A stretch of 64,000 nucleotides of DNA from positions 2,547,588 through 2,611,587 of the forward strand of contig OZ244173.1 of NCBI GenBank assembly GCA_965216515.1. Direction: 5' to 3'. A program made the translations under genes and the position numbers. Positions within the stretch are counted from its first letter, which is position 1; each line of letters opens with the position of its first letter. Positions 29,825 to 39,039 of the stretch are shown one piece after another. Origin of the DNA: Afifellaceae bacterium. GTDB lineage: Bacteria > Pseudomonadota > Alphaproteobacteria > Rhizobiales > Afifellaceae. The notes below the pieces were generated by a model, which was given only the letters and a program-made list of their open reading frames with translations, ran no database searches and was not told where the DNA came from.

Positions 29825-29926
29825 GAGGACCGAAAAGTGGGAACCGGTTTTCGGATCGGCTCCGAGCGCCGGGCAAATGCGAGGACCGAAAAGTGGGAAC
29901 CGGTTTTCGGATCGGCTCCGAGCGCC
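29825..29926. repeat. Exact tandem duplication of a 46-bp unit (GAGGACCGAAAAGTGGGAACCGGTTTTCGGATCGGCTCCGAGCGCC) separated by a 10-bp spacer, in the hrcA-grpE spacer
   Basis: Read directly in the sequence: unit 1 is 29825-29870 and unit 2 is 29881-29926, 100% identical. Each contains the hairpin CCGAAAA-N11-TTTTCGG and the palindrome AACCGGTT. Confidence 0.9.
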
Positions 29927-30025
29927 CACCCGGACAGCGTGCCGGATTTCGATCCGGCGTGAAAAGTCCGATGCGGCCCGATGGCTGCGCCAACCGGCCG
30001 ATCGGCCCGTATTGTCGAACTCGGT

Positions 30026-30055
30026 CTTGATTTTGTCGGCAAAAGTTTCGATATG
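30026..30055 (+). promoter_or_regulatory. Putative sigma32-like promoter upstream of grpE: CTTG-N18-TCGATAT
   Basis: It shows the same spacing and ATAT -10 core as the hrcA and dnaK elements. It lies 26 bp upstream of the grpE ATG. Confidence 0.3.
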
Positions 30056-30080
30056 CCGTGCAACGAAGAGGGCAATCCCG

Positions 30081-31010
30081 ATGCACGACAATGGTAAGAA
30101 GGGCCGTGGCGCTGACGCGGCCGACGACAGACATTCGCCGGACGCGTCGGCAGACGCGCCCGACCGCCCGGTCTGGGCGAAGCCGGATGGCGACATCGAG
30201 ACTGACTTCGACAAGGTGGCCGAACGCGCCGCCGCCATGGCCGGAGAGGATCCCGCCGGGGAGCCGGATGACTGGACCGAGATGGAGATTGACGCCGAGC
30301 TGGACCGCCTCGATGCCGCCGAGGCGGATCGGTCGGCGCCCGGAGAGGCCGACATTGCCGGCGACCCTGATCCTGCCGAAGTCATTGCCCGTCTGGAGGC
30401 GGAGAAGGACGATCTCACCGACCGGCTGTTGCGGGTCGTTGCTGACATGGACAATCTGCGCAAGCGCACCGAGCGCGACCTCGCCGACACGCGCAAATAC
30501 GGATTGTCGAAGTTTGCCGGCGACCTGCTCACTGTCGGCGACAATCTCCAGCGCGCGCTCCAGGCGGTCAGCGAAGAGGCGCTGGACGCTGACACCGGGC
30601 CGCTGAAGGGGCTGCTCGACGGTGTGGAAATGACCGCCCGCGAACTCGACAAGGTGCTGGAAAAGCACGGTGTCACCCGCATCGACCCGGCCGGCGAAAA
30701 GTTCGATCCCCACCGCCATCAGGCCATGTACCAGGCCGATAATCCCGACGTGCCGAACGGCACCGTCACCGAGGTGATACAGGCCGGCTATCTGATCGGC
30801 GACCGCGTGCTGCGCGCCGCCATGGTTGGCGTTGCCCGCAGCAGCCGTTCCGCCGACGGGCAGGGCGCTGCGGCCGGGTCAGATACCGGACCGGCCGCGT
30901 CCGGCGAAACGGCCGCCGGCGATCCCGACGCAAAACCCGGGGCCGACGGGGAGTCCGGCGTCGATGCTGCCGGCGATCCGGCCGAGCCGAAGGCCGGCGA
31001 CGCCGCTTGA
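30081..31010 (+). CDS. grpE: Nucleotide exchange factor GrpE (with acidic N-terminal and Gly/Asp/Ala-rich C-terminal extensions)
   Basis: Start at ATG 30081 (MHDNGKKGRG...). The core reads LEAEKDDLTDRLLRVVADMDNLRKRTERD...DPHRHQAM. This gives 309 aa. Confidence 0.85.
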   Translation: MHDNGKKGRGADAADDRHSPDASADAPDRPVWAKPDGDIETDFDKVAERAAAMAGEDPAGEPDDWTEMEIDAELDRLDAAEADRSAPGEADIAGDPDPAEVIARLEAEKDDLTDRLLRVVADMDNLRKRTERDLADTRKYGLSKFAGDLLTVGDNLQRALQAVSEEALDADTGPLKGLLDGVEMTARELDKVLEKHGVTRIDPAGEKFDPHRHQAMYQADNPDVPNGTVTEVIQAGYLIGDRVLRAAMVGVARSSRSADGQGAAAGSDTGPAASGETAAGDPDAKPGADGESGVDAAGDPAEPKAGDAA

Positions 31011-31124
31011 GGCCATGTGGGCGGCCATGATTGGGTCGCGCCGCCAATTCCGCTTCGGCGACCGGCGGACGGTCCGGCAGCCTGCCTGACCGTTCAGATC
31101 GACCGTGTATTTCGCGGACCGGCG

Positions 31125-32876
31125 CTAGTTCGTCTTCGGCTGTGGATTGCGCGCCGTTTCGCCGAAGTTCTGGCCGAAGATGGCCGCCGCACCCGCCAGG
31201 CCCGATGAGCCGCCGACCACCGTGTTGGGCACCAGCTTGCCGACCAGGCCGACCAGTTCCGGCTTGCGCTCCAGCGACACCAGCAATTTCTCAAGCGCCT
31301 GCAGCAGCGCCACCCGGTCCTGGCCCAGCACTTCGGCCTGGGCCCGCTGGCCGCGCGCCAGCTCTTCCAGATATTGCCGTTCGGCGCGGCCCAGCGCGGC
31401 GCGCTCTTCCTCGCGCTGGTTGGCGACCTTCACGGCGATCTGCGCCTGCACCAGCCGCGGCTGCTCGTTGGCCGTGGCGCGGGCCTGCTCGGTCTCGATG
31501 CGTTGTTCCTGGGCCTGGGTTTCGCGCTGATAGGCCTTGGTCAGCTGGTCGGCGAGCTGTTCGCGCAGCCGCTGCACCAGCAGTTCCGGCGGCACGGCCG
31601 GCTCGCCGAGGCGGATCTCGCGAATATCGACACCGGCCTTTCGGCCTTCCTGCTTGACCAGGTCTTCGATATTGTCCTCCAGTGCGCCGCGGCTCTCGAT
31701 GAGGTCGAGCACCCGGGTCGGCCGGCGGATCATCTGGCCGGGATTTTCCGGATCCGGCAGCGTGATGTCGGAGCCGGCGACATTGCGCACGATGGAGCGG
31801 ATCGCCGGGGTGAGAATGCGGTTCTCGATTTCCTCAAGGCCGCCGACGGCGCCGACCACGATCGGCGCATTTTCCGGAGAGACCTGTACCAGCGCCCGCA
31901 ATTCCTGCGGCACGTCCCAGCCTTCCACCTTGACGAAGATCGCCTGGTCGGCGGCGCCGGGCGGCGTCGACAGCGCTTCGGAACGCTCCGACTGCTTGAT
32001 ATTGCCTTCCTGGTCGACCGACAGGTCGATAATCCGCTTGGTGAAGCCACCCTTGTATTCCCAGGTTTGCACCCGTGTGTCGACGAGCGTCACCTGATAG
32101 GCGTGGCGGTTGAGATAGTAGGCGCCGGGGAACAGCGGCTGTCGCCAGATGCCCACACAGCCCTGCGGCACCAGCGGCACCGACAGCGCGCCGGCCAGCG
32201 CACCGGCCTCGGCCGCCGTCACTTCCTGCTCCACGCATTGCGCGGCCGGCTGCCGGACGTTGGATTTCACCACCCCGACATGGCCGGCGGGGATGATTGT
32301 CGCCTGGGTCTGGTCGGAGACCGTGACCTTGTAGAGATAGCGGTTGATCCGGTAACTGCCGGGCTTCAGCACGGTCTCCTGCGGACCGCGATGGCCGGCG
32401 GAGGTGAGGAAGGTCTCCGCGTTCAGCATGTCGGCGACCTGGTCATCGGGGATGGCCGGGGCGATGAACATGCCCGCCGGCATCGGCGCCCCGTCCAGCG
32501 TCGTGATCTGCCCGTAATAGCCTTCAGGAACCGTGATGACCGGGAATTCCTCGAAATCATAGAGGATCCGCACCAGCGGAATGACATGGAAGCCCGGCCC
32601 CAGGATCCGCGCCTGCGGTCCCTTCTCGCCGTCCAGCGCGATGATCCGGCCCTCTGGCAGTTCCTTGAACGCGTAGATGCGTTTCAGATGGCCGACGGAG
32701 TTGGCGTCGACGAAGACGAAGGACGAGCTGGCCAGCGCCAGAACACCGAGCACCATGGCCGCCAGACCGGCGGCCCGGCGCCCGACCTGCCGCATGGCGG
32801 ATTTCGGTTTTCCCGGCCGAACGACCAGATAGAGCCCGACAAGTAAAAACAGAAAGCCGACAAGTACGCTGATCAT
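31125..32876 (-). CDS. SPFH/band-7 domain membrane protein, flotillin-like (YqiK-type) with C-terminal coiled-coil
   Basis: Start at ATG 32876 (MISVLVGFLFLLVGLYLVV, TM helix). An SPFH-type segment (ILGPGFHVIPLVRILYDFEEFPVITVP) is followed by Glu/Gln/Arg/Ala-rich coiled-coil repeats. No NfeD-like partner gene is adjacent. Confidence 0.55.
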   Translation of the reverse strand: MISVLVGFLFLLVGLYLVVRPGKPKSAMRQVGRRAAGLAAMVLGVLALASSSFVFVDANSVGHLKRIYAFKELPEGRIIALDGEKGPQARILGPGFHVIPLVRILYDFEEFPVITVPEGYYGQITTLDGAPMPAGMFIAPAIPDDQVADMLNAETFLTSAGHRGPQETVLKPGSYRINRYLYKVTVSDQTQATIIPAGHVGVVKSNVRQPAAQCVEQEVTAAEAGALAGALSVPLVPQGCVGIWRQPLFPGAYYLNRHAYQVTLVDTRVQTWEYKGGFTKRIIDLSVDQEGNIKQSERSEALSTPPGAADQAIFVKVEGWDVPQELRALVQVSPENAPIVVGAVGGLEEIENRILTPAIRSIVRNVAGSDITLPDPENPGQMIRRPTRVLDLIESRGALEDNIEDLVKQEGRKAGVDIREIRLGEPAVPPELLVQRLREQLADQLTKAYQRETQAQEQRIETEQARATANEQPRLVQAQIAVKVANQREEERAALGRAERQYLEELARGQRAQAEVLGQDRVALLQALEKLLVSLERKPELVGLVGKLVPNTVVGGSSGLAGAAAIFGQNFGETARNPQPKTN

Positions 32877-33056
32877 CGATGGTCTCCCCGAGTGCCGCAG
32901 CAACCGTCACTGTTCCACAGCCGGCGGACGGCAAGAAAATTGTCCCGGCCCCCGTGTATCGCACCAGTATTGAATTATCGTATCGTTGGCGATCAATGCC
33001 GATTATGGTGAAAGAACCGTAAATCGGCCGTTTGGCGGCAATCACCGGAGGCGAGC

Positions 33057-33446
33057 ATGACGGAACACGGTCATTTTCATTGGAACGAATTGATGACCCG
33101 CGACGCGGAAGCTGCGAAAACGTTCTATTCGGAGACCCTCGGCTGGACCTTCGAAAGCTGGGACATGGGCGAGGGCGGCATGTATTGGGTGGCGATGGCG
33201 GGTGACAAGCCGGTCGGCGGCGTGTTCGAGATGAAGGGTCCGGATTTCGAGGGCGTGCCGGAGAACTGGGCTGCCTATATTGCCGTCGACGATATCGATG
33301 CCCGGCTGGACAAGGCCCGGGCCCACGGCATTGCCGTCATTCGCGAGCCCTTCGATGTGCCGCAGGTCGGCCGCATAGCCAGATTCAGGGAGCCGGGCGG
33401 CGCCGTCATCGGCTGGATGACGCCGGCTGAAACCCCGCAGGGTTGA
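33057..33446 (+). CDS. VOC family protein (glyoxalase/bleomycin-resistance/dioxygenase fold)
   Basis: 129 aa (MTEHGHFHWNELMTRDAEAAKTFYSETLGWTFE...). A GGAGG RBS lies upstream. Confidence 0.7.
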   Translation: MTEHGHFHWNELMTRDAEAAKTFYSETLGWTFESWDMGEGGMYWVAMAGDKPVGGVFEMKGPDFEGVPENWAAYIAVDDIDARLDKARAHGIAVIREPFDVPQVGRIARFREPGGAVIGWMTPAETPQG

Positions 33447-33485
33447 TCGCGCACCATCCTGCGGTTGCGGTGCCCTGGCCGCCGT

Positions 33486-34700
33486 TCACGCGGCGACGGT
33501 GTCGCGGCGGCGGATGGTGACAAACAGCGAACCGACGATGATCAAGTTGATGATCCCGGCGAATGCGGCGTTGGCGAAGCTCATCGTGTAGGCCCCGGTC
33601 AGATCGAAGAAGAACCCGCCCTGCCAGCCGCCCAGGCCGTGGCCCAGCCAGCCGAAGGCCAGGATGATCCCGGTTGCCGCGCCGCGCTGCGAGGCCGGCG
33701 TCAGCGCCCGTGTCGTGATCAGCAAGGTCGTCATCACGCCGGCATAGCCGAAACCGTAGATCGGCGCGAAGGCGTAAAAGTGGTCGAGATTGTCGATGCG
33801 GGTGAAGACGAAGACGAGCACGGTTTGCCACGCCGAGGCGGTCAGGTAGGCGGGGATTGCCCCGATCATGTCGGCCAGCTTGCCGAACGCCACCCGCCCG
33901 GCAATGGCGGTCAGAAGGACAAGAAACAGCACGCTGCTCGCCTCCGGCGCTGAAATGCCCCGGCCCTGGATCAGCGGCACCAGGTGCATCAGCGGCACCG
34001 CCATGCAGGTGCAGCAGAACAGCACCGCGGCACTGAGCCAAATAACGACGATATTGGTCGGCAGCGGCACCGGTGTGTCGATTTCACCGCCGCCAGGTCC
34101 GGCCGCCGGCGGTGTGCGCACGAGAAACGCCAGCGGTACCAGGCTCGCCAGCGAGATTACGCCCAACGCCGCCATGGCGCCGCGCCATCCCAGCGCATCA
34201 ATCAGAAGGGCCGTGCCGAACGGCACGCCACCCTGTCCGACCGCCTGGCCGGCCGAGGCGATGCCGATGGCTAGCCCGGCCCCGGCCCGGAACCAGTTGC
34301 CGACAAGCGTGATCAGCGGCGCAAACAGCGATCCGCCGCCCAGCGCGCCGGCGATGAAAAACAGCGCTTGAAGCTGCCACAGCCGGGTGGCCTGCGACGC
34401 CGCCAGCACACACACGCCCAGCGCCACCGCGCCGAACAGGCACACCGTGCGGACAGGAACACGGTCGGCGATCGCGCCCATCGTGATACCGCCGATCGCC
34501 AGGCCGATCAGGCCGATCGTGTTGATGAGGGCGATCGAGCCGCGCGCCCAGCCGAACTCCGCTTCCAGCGGGATGAAGAAAACAGACAGCCCGTTGACCA
34601 GTTGGCCCATGGCGATCGCCAGCATGGTTGCGGCGACAAACACGATAACCCAGCGATAGGCAGGCTGGCTGTCCCGGCCGGTCGTCATATCGGTCGTCAC
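33486..34700 (-). CDS. MFS transporter
   Basis: 404 aa with 12 predicted TM segments and an MFS-type loop motif (...AIADRVPVRTV...). Confidence 0.75.
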   Translation of the reverse strand: MTTDMTTGRDSQPAYRWVIVFVAATMLAIAMGQLVNGLSVFFIPLEAEFGWARGSIALINTIGLIGLAIGGITMGAIADRVPVRTVCLFGAVALGVCVLAASQATRLWQLQALFFIAGALGGGSLFAPLITLVGNWFRAGAGLAIGIASAGQAVGQGGVPFGTALLIDALGWRGAMAALGVISLASLVPLAFLVRTPPAAGPGGGEIDTPVPLPTNIVVIWLSAAVLFCCTCMAVPLMHLVPLIQGRGISAPEASSVLFLVLLTAIAGRVAFGKLADMIGAIPAYLTASAWQTVLVFVFTRIDNLDHFYAFAPIYGFGYAGVMTTLLITTRALTPASQRGAATGIILAFGWLGHGLGGWQGGFFFDLTGAYTMSFANAAFAGIINLIIVGSLFVTIRRRDTVAA

Positions 34701-34841
34701 GTATCCATTTCCTTTGCGGCGGTTTGTCGCGGCTGGCCACCCTGCACCGATTTGTCGGCGATGAAAACCCGGCCCGGCAACATTCCGGCGTCCGGTTTGC
34801 GCCGTTCGCCGGCGGCGTTCGGGGGCTGCCGGTGATCCGTG

Positions 34842-36908
34842 TCAGTCGCCGGATGCTGGCGGGTCCGGCTTCTTGTGCGGCCCGGTGTTCGGCGCGCTGG
34901 TTTTCCGGCGCTCCACCAGCGAAAGGGCGCGCTGCAACACCCCGGCGGCATCGCGCACCTGGTCCGCGGTCATGGTGTCCACGTCCAGTTCCAGGTTCAG
35001 CCCCGGCCCGTCGGCGCTGAGCCGCTGCTGCTGCCGCGCTGCTGTTTTCAGGTCAAGCGCCTCATATGTGGCCAGCGGATAGGCGATTCCCTTGACCTCG
35101 ATCTTGCCCATCTCGCGGCAATCGATGGCGTCGCGGACCAGCGCGTGCGTTTCATATGAAATCAGGATCTGGCCCGGATCGGCGGCGGTCTGGATTCGCG
35201 ATGCCGCATTCACCGTCCCGCCGATGATCGTATAGTCCATCCGCGCGTCGCTGCCGAAGTTCCCCACCGTGCAGTATCCGGTGTGGATGCCGAACCGGCA
35301 GTTCAGCGGCCGTTCGATCCCGGCCCCGCGCCACTTGCCCGCCAGATCGTTCAGCCGGTCGCGCATGGCGATCGCCATCGTCACGCAGGCCAGCGCATCG
35401 GCTTTCGCCCCGTTGGTCTCCGGATCCCCGAAAAAGATCATGATCGCGTCGCCGATATACTTGTCGATCGTCGCGCCATGCGCCAGCGCAATCTGCGTCA
35501 TCTCGTTGAGATAGTCGTTCAGGAGCCCGGTCAGTTCTTCCGATTCCATTCGGTCGGCGGTTTCCGTGAAGCTGACGATATCGGAGAAGAAGACGGTCAG
35601 TTTCTTGCGGGTGCTGGCGACCTCGACCGCCTGCCGGCCGGAAAAGATCGATTCGTAGACCTGTGGCGAGAGATATCTGGACAATTGGCCCGAAAGCCGC
35701 TGAAGCCAGTCCGTCTGTTTCTGCAGCTCCGCCTCGCGCGCATCGATCTCGTCCATATATCCCGATAGCGCCTGGGCGATGTCGCCGATTTCGTCGCGGC
35801 GCCTGTCGGCAAGGTCGCGCCGGCGATCCTGCGAATAGGCGCGCAGGGCGGCGCGTACCCTGTCCAGCCGCCGCAGCACCAGGCGCTGCAGCAGGATCCA
35901 GAGCACCACGCTGCCGGCCAGGGTTGCGGCGACGACCGCCGTCATCACCACGATATTGTTGCGGGTCGCGGAGGCGACGAGCTGTGTTTCCGCGGTGAGT
36001 TCGGCACTGGCGCGCGAAAATTCGGTGGTTGCGGTGCTGATGAGCCGGTTTGCGATCAGCGAGTTTTCCTCGACCAGCGCCTTGATCTTGAACGCGTTGG
36101 TCAGTTCGGTGGATTTGTCCCGGAAGATATTGTCCTTCTGCGATGCCCAATATTCAAAAAACGCCGCGCCCTCCCGACCATCCGCAGCCGCCGCGCCCTC
36201 CGGTGTTGGCGCCGACACGATATCTTGCAGTCGGGCAACGCTTGCCTCGACCTGCTTCCTGTTGCGGGAAAACCGGGCGCGATTGGTATCGAGAATGGTC
36301 GCCAGAAGCCGCTGGATGGTGGCCGCCATCTGAAGCGGCGCCTGTTCCGCCTCGCTGCCGGCGGCATCCTGCCGCGCAATGTCGCGGGCCATCCGCCGGA
36401 ACGCCTCGATATGCTTTTCCAGTCGCTTGCGGACATCGATCTGCCGGCGCACGACCGTCGTCAGGCTGGTCTGGTTTGCCGCCAGCGCGGCGGCATTGTT
36501 CTTCAGCTTTTCGATGGCATCGGTATCGGTGACGAGTGCGCTGATATCGGCGATCAGCGCGTCTTGCGACCCGGTCTTGTCCTTGATCCGCGACAGCAGG
36601 GTCTCGAATTCGTAGCGGGTCGGATTGGTGCTCAGCGCCGGCGCGATGGCGATGCTGGCCGACGCTTCCTGGGAGAGCTGCGACAGCTTCACCAGCCGGG
36701 GCAGCGATTGGTCCCTGAGCGCGGTGATTTCGGTGCCCACGCGGCCCAACTGTTCGGCGACCACAAGCAGGCCCGCCAGAATCAGCACCGCGACACCGGC
36801 CAGGGCGGAGAACAACAGGGTCGAAATCCGGTAGCGTGTCCTGATCCGCCCGGCATTTTGCTCGCCGGTCGCAGGTGGCCCGGTTTTTCCCGCCGGCCCC
36901 GCCCTCAT
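34842..36908 (-). CDS. Membrane-bound class III adenylate/guanylate cyclase with periplasmic helical sensor domain and HAMP linker
   Basis: TM1 (ISTLLFSALAGVAVLILAGLLVV), a ~270-aa helical periplasmic region, TM2 and a HAMP are followed by the cyclase homology domain (KLTVFFSDIVSFTE...IGDAIMIFFG...GTVNAASRIQ). The ATG at 36908..36906 overlaps the TGA of the upstream SBP gene (TGATG); the track M at 36911 is TTG. Confidence 0.8.
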   Translation of the reverse strand: MRAGPAGKTGPPATGEQNAGRIRTRYRISTLLFSALAGVAVLILAGLLVVAEQLGRVGTEITALRDQSLPRLVKLSQLSQEASASIAIAPALSTNPTRYEFETLLSRIKDKTGSQDALIADISALVTDTDAIEKLKNNAAALAANQTSLTTVVRRQIDVRKRLEKHIEAFRRMARDIARQDAAGSEAEQAPLQMAATIQRLLATILDTNRARFSRNRKQVEASVARLQDIVSAPTPEGAAAADGREGAAFFEYWASQKDNIFRDKSTELTNAFKIKALVEENSLIANRLISTATTEFSRASAELTAETQLVASATRNNIVVMTAVVAATLAGSVVLWILLQRLVLRRLDRVRAALRAYSQDRRRDLADRRRDEIGDIAQALSGYMDEIDAREAELQKQTDWLQRLSGQLSRYLSPQVYESIFSGRQAVEVASTRKKLTVFFSDIVSFTETADRMESEELTGLLNDYLNEMTQIALAHGATIDKYIGDAIMIFFGDPETNGAKADALACVTMAIAMRDRLNDLAGKWRGAGIERPLNCRFGIHTGYCTVGNFGSDARMDYTIIGGTVNAASRIQTAADPGQILISYETHALVRDAIDCREMGKIEVKGIAYPLATYEALDLKTAARQQQRLSADGPGLNLELDVDTMTADQVRDAAGVLQRALSLVERRKTSAPNTGPHKKPDPPASGD

Positions 36909-37930
36909 CAACGGAAGGGCGGGCTGTACTGCAACCCGCCGTCACGCCACAGCCTGTTCAGGCCCCGCTTGACGTTGATGGCGCTCTCTTTGCCCAGGTA
37001 GCGATCGAAGATTTCGCCGTAGTTCCCGGAATTGGCGATAATCCGCAATGCCCAGTCCGCCTCCAGGCCCAGTTCCTTGCTGCTGTCCATCGGTTCGGCC
37101 CCGAGCAGACGCCGCACGGAGGGATCGCGGCTTTCAAGATGTTGCCGGTAGTTGTCCCGTGTGATGCCCCTTTCCTCCGCAAAGATGGTCGCGAAGATCG
37201 CCCAGCGGACGAGCGTCGCCCATTTCATGTCCCGGGTGTGCACATAGGCGACCAGCGGCTCCTTGGAGATGATCTCGTCGTGGAGCACGTAGTTGTCGGC
37301 GTCATCGACACCGGTCGTGCGGACGGAGGCGAGCACCAGCCGGTCGGTGGTCAGAAGATCGCATTTGCGGGCGAAAAACGCGGCATCGCGCCCCTCCGAC
37401 GATTCAAACGGCAGGACTTCCCAGTCCAGATTGTTGAAATTGATGAAATCCTCGAGGTTGGAGATCGTCGTCGTGGAGTGGGAGACGCAAACCTTGGCTG
37501 ATTTCAAATCCGACAGCGCGCCGGGCGCCGATCCCTTGTGGGAGAGGAATCCCTGGCCGTCATAGTAGAGGACGGCGGCCGGGATCAGGCTGCGGCTGAC
37601 GTCGCGGGAGAGGGTCCACGTCACATTCGAGACATAGATGTCGACATCGCCTTCGTGGATGCTTTGCAGCCCGTGCCGGATATCCACCGGCGAAAGCTCC
37701 ACCGCATCGCGGTCCCCGAACAGGCCGAGCGCGACGACGCGGCAGAATTCCGGGAAAAAGCCCTCATACCCGGTTTCCCCGATCCGCGTGTCACCGACCG
37801 ACCGGTTGCCGATGGCGCATCTGACATAGCCGCGATCGACAACCGCCTCCAGCACCTCGCCGGCATGCGCCGAAGTGCCGAGCCTGGCTCCGGTCGGGCC
37901 GGCAAGGATCAGGCCGGCGCACAGGGCCAT
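36908..37930 (-). CDS. Orphan periplasmic amino-acid-binding protein, AapJ-like (general L-amino acid ABC transporter SBP family) with signal peptide
   Basis: The start is placed at ATG 37930 (MALCAGLILAGPTGARLGTSAHA|GEVL, signal peptide). The mature part matches AapJ-type SBPs (TWTLSRD, YYDGQGF, IISKEPL). No permease or ATPase genes are in the window. The track ORF start at 38329 adds 133 non-protein-like residues. Confidence 0.7.
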   Translation of the reverse strand: MALCAGLILAGPTGARLGTSAHAGEVLEAVVDRGYVRCAIGNRSVGDTRIGETGYEGFFPEFCRVVALGLFGDRDAVELSPVDIRHGLQSIHEGDVDIYVSNVTWTLSRDVSRSLIPAAVLYYDGQGFLSHKGSAPGALSDLKSAKVCVSHSTTTISNLEDFINFNNLDWEVLPFESSEGRDAAFFARKCDLLTTDRLVLASVRTTGVDDADNYVLHDEIISKEPLVAYVHTRDMKWATLVRWAIFATIFAEERGITRDNYRQHLESRDPSVRRLLGAEPMDSSKELGLEADWALRIIANSGNYGEIFDRYLGKESAINVKRGLNRLWRDGGLQYSPPFR

Positions 37931-38337
37931 GGCGACCGGGCGGCAGTCTGACGCGATGCCGGCCAGCGCCGTCTGAACCACGGGCCGCCGGTCGGCCGGG
38001 CACCGGTTTTCATGGCGCCGGTCCGCCGGGCACCCGTTATCTGGATGGCCGGACGAGGCCGCGCCGCATTGCAAATTGCAGGCGCGCCGGATGATGCCAG
38101 CCATCGGACCTGACATCCGCAATGTCTGTGGGACCGCCCTTGCTTTGCCCCCGAACCGCAGGTTCGCCATCATTAACATCCCCTGCCGAGTATAGCATTT
38201 GTCGCCGGCCTGTGCACGCGGCCGGTTGCCGCCCCGCCGGGGCCTGATGTCGCGCGCCGGCGACCGCCCCGCCGCCTGCCGGGCGGCCCGAAAACGAACG
38301 GCCTTGACCGCGCGCCGCGCCGGGGCCATGGAGTGGC

Positions 38338-38949
38338 ATGGCCATAGACCCCGCGCCGCTGGACGATCGCCAGCGCCTGTTCGACATCATTGCCGCCCGA
38401 TCCTTTCGGCAGGGAGAGACATTCACGCTCGTTTCCGGGCGTCGGAGCACGATCTATTTCAACCTCAAGCCGACCATGCTCTATCCCGAGGGTGCCCGGT
38501 TGATCGGCGCCCTTGTCGCCTGTCAGGCCAGGCATCTGGGCGCGACCCATGTCGGCGGGCTGGAAATGGGCGCGGTGCCCATCGTCACGGCGGTCGCCGC
38601 CATGAGCGCCGTTGCGCAAGATCCGGTCAGTGCCTTTTTCATCCGCAAGCAGGCCAAGGGTCATGGCACCCGGAACCTGATCGAGGGGCTGGCCGACGGC
38701 GCCGGGCTCACCGGCGCGTCCGTCGTCGTGGTCGAGGATGTCACCACGACCGGCGGTTCGGCCCTGAAGGCCGTCGAGGTGATCCGTGCCGCCGGCGCGC
38801 GGGTCGAACATCTGATCACCATCGTCGATCGGGAGGAGGGCGCCACTGCCGCCTTTGCCGAGGCTGGCATCACCTTGCACGCGCTTTTTCGAAAGGGCGA
38901 ATTCGCCGAAGATCACGTATCCGAAACAGTTACGGAAACGAATCCTTAA
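38338..38949 (+). CDS. pyrE: Orotate phosphoribosyltransferase
   Basis: 203 aa with the PRPP-binding motif VVVVEDVTTTGGS. Confidence 0.85.
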   Translation: MAIDPAPLDDRQRLFDIIAARSFRQGETFTLVSGRRSTIYFNLKPTMLYPEGARLIGALVACQARHLGATHVGGLEMGAVPIVTAVAAMSAVAQDPVSAFFIRKQAKGHGTRNLIEGLADGAGLTGASVVVVEDVTTTGGSALKAVEVIRAAGARVEHLITIVDREEGATAAFAEAGITLHALFRKGEFAEDHVSETVTETNP

Positions 38950-39039
38950 CGAGGCGGCCCGTTCATTTCGAATACGAAATGAGCAAATTGGCCGGTTCAT
39001 GCGCCGGGCGGTGCTTCGGATTGTCCGGCCGGTTGGCGG

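Noticed and set aside
28609-30080. CIRCE operator (TTAGCACTC-N9-GAGTGCTAA) expected near hrcA/grpE/dnaK
   Set aside because: No match to either half-site was found in the hrcA, grpE or dnaK upstream regions. CIRCE is probably at groESL outside this window.
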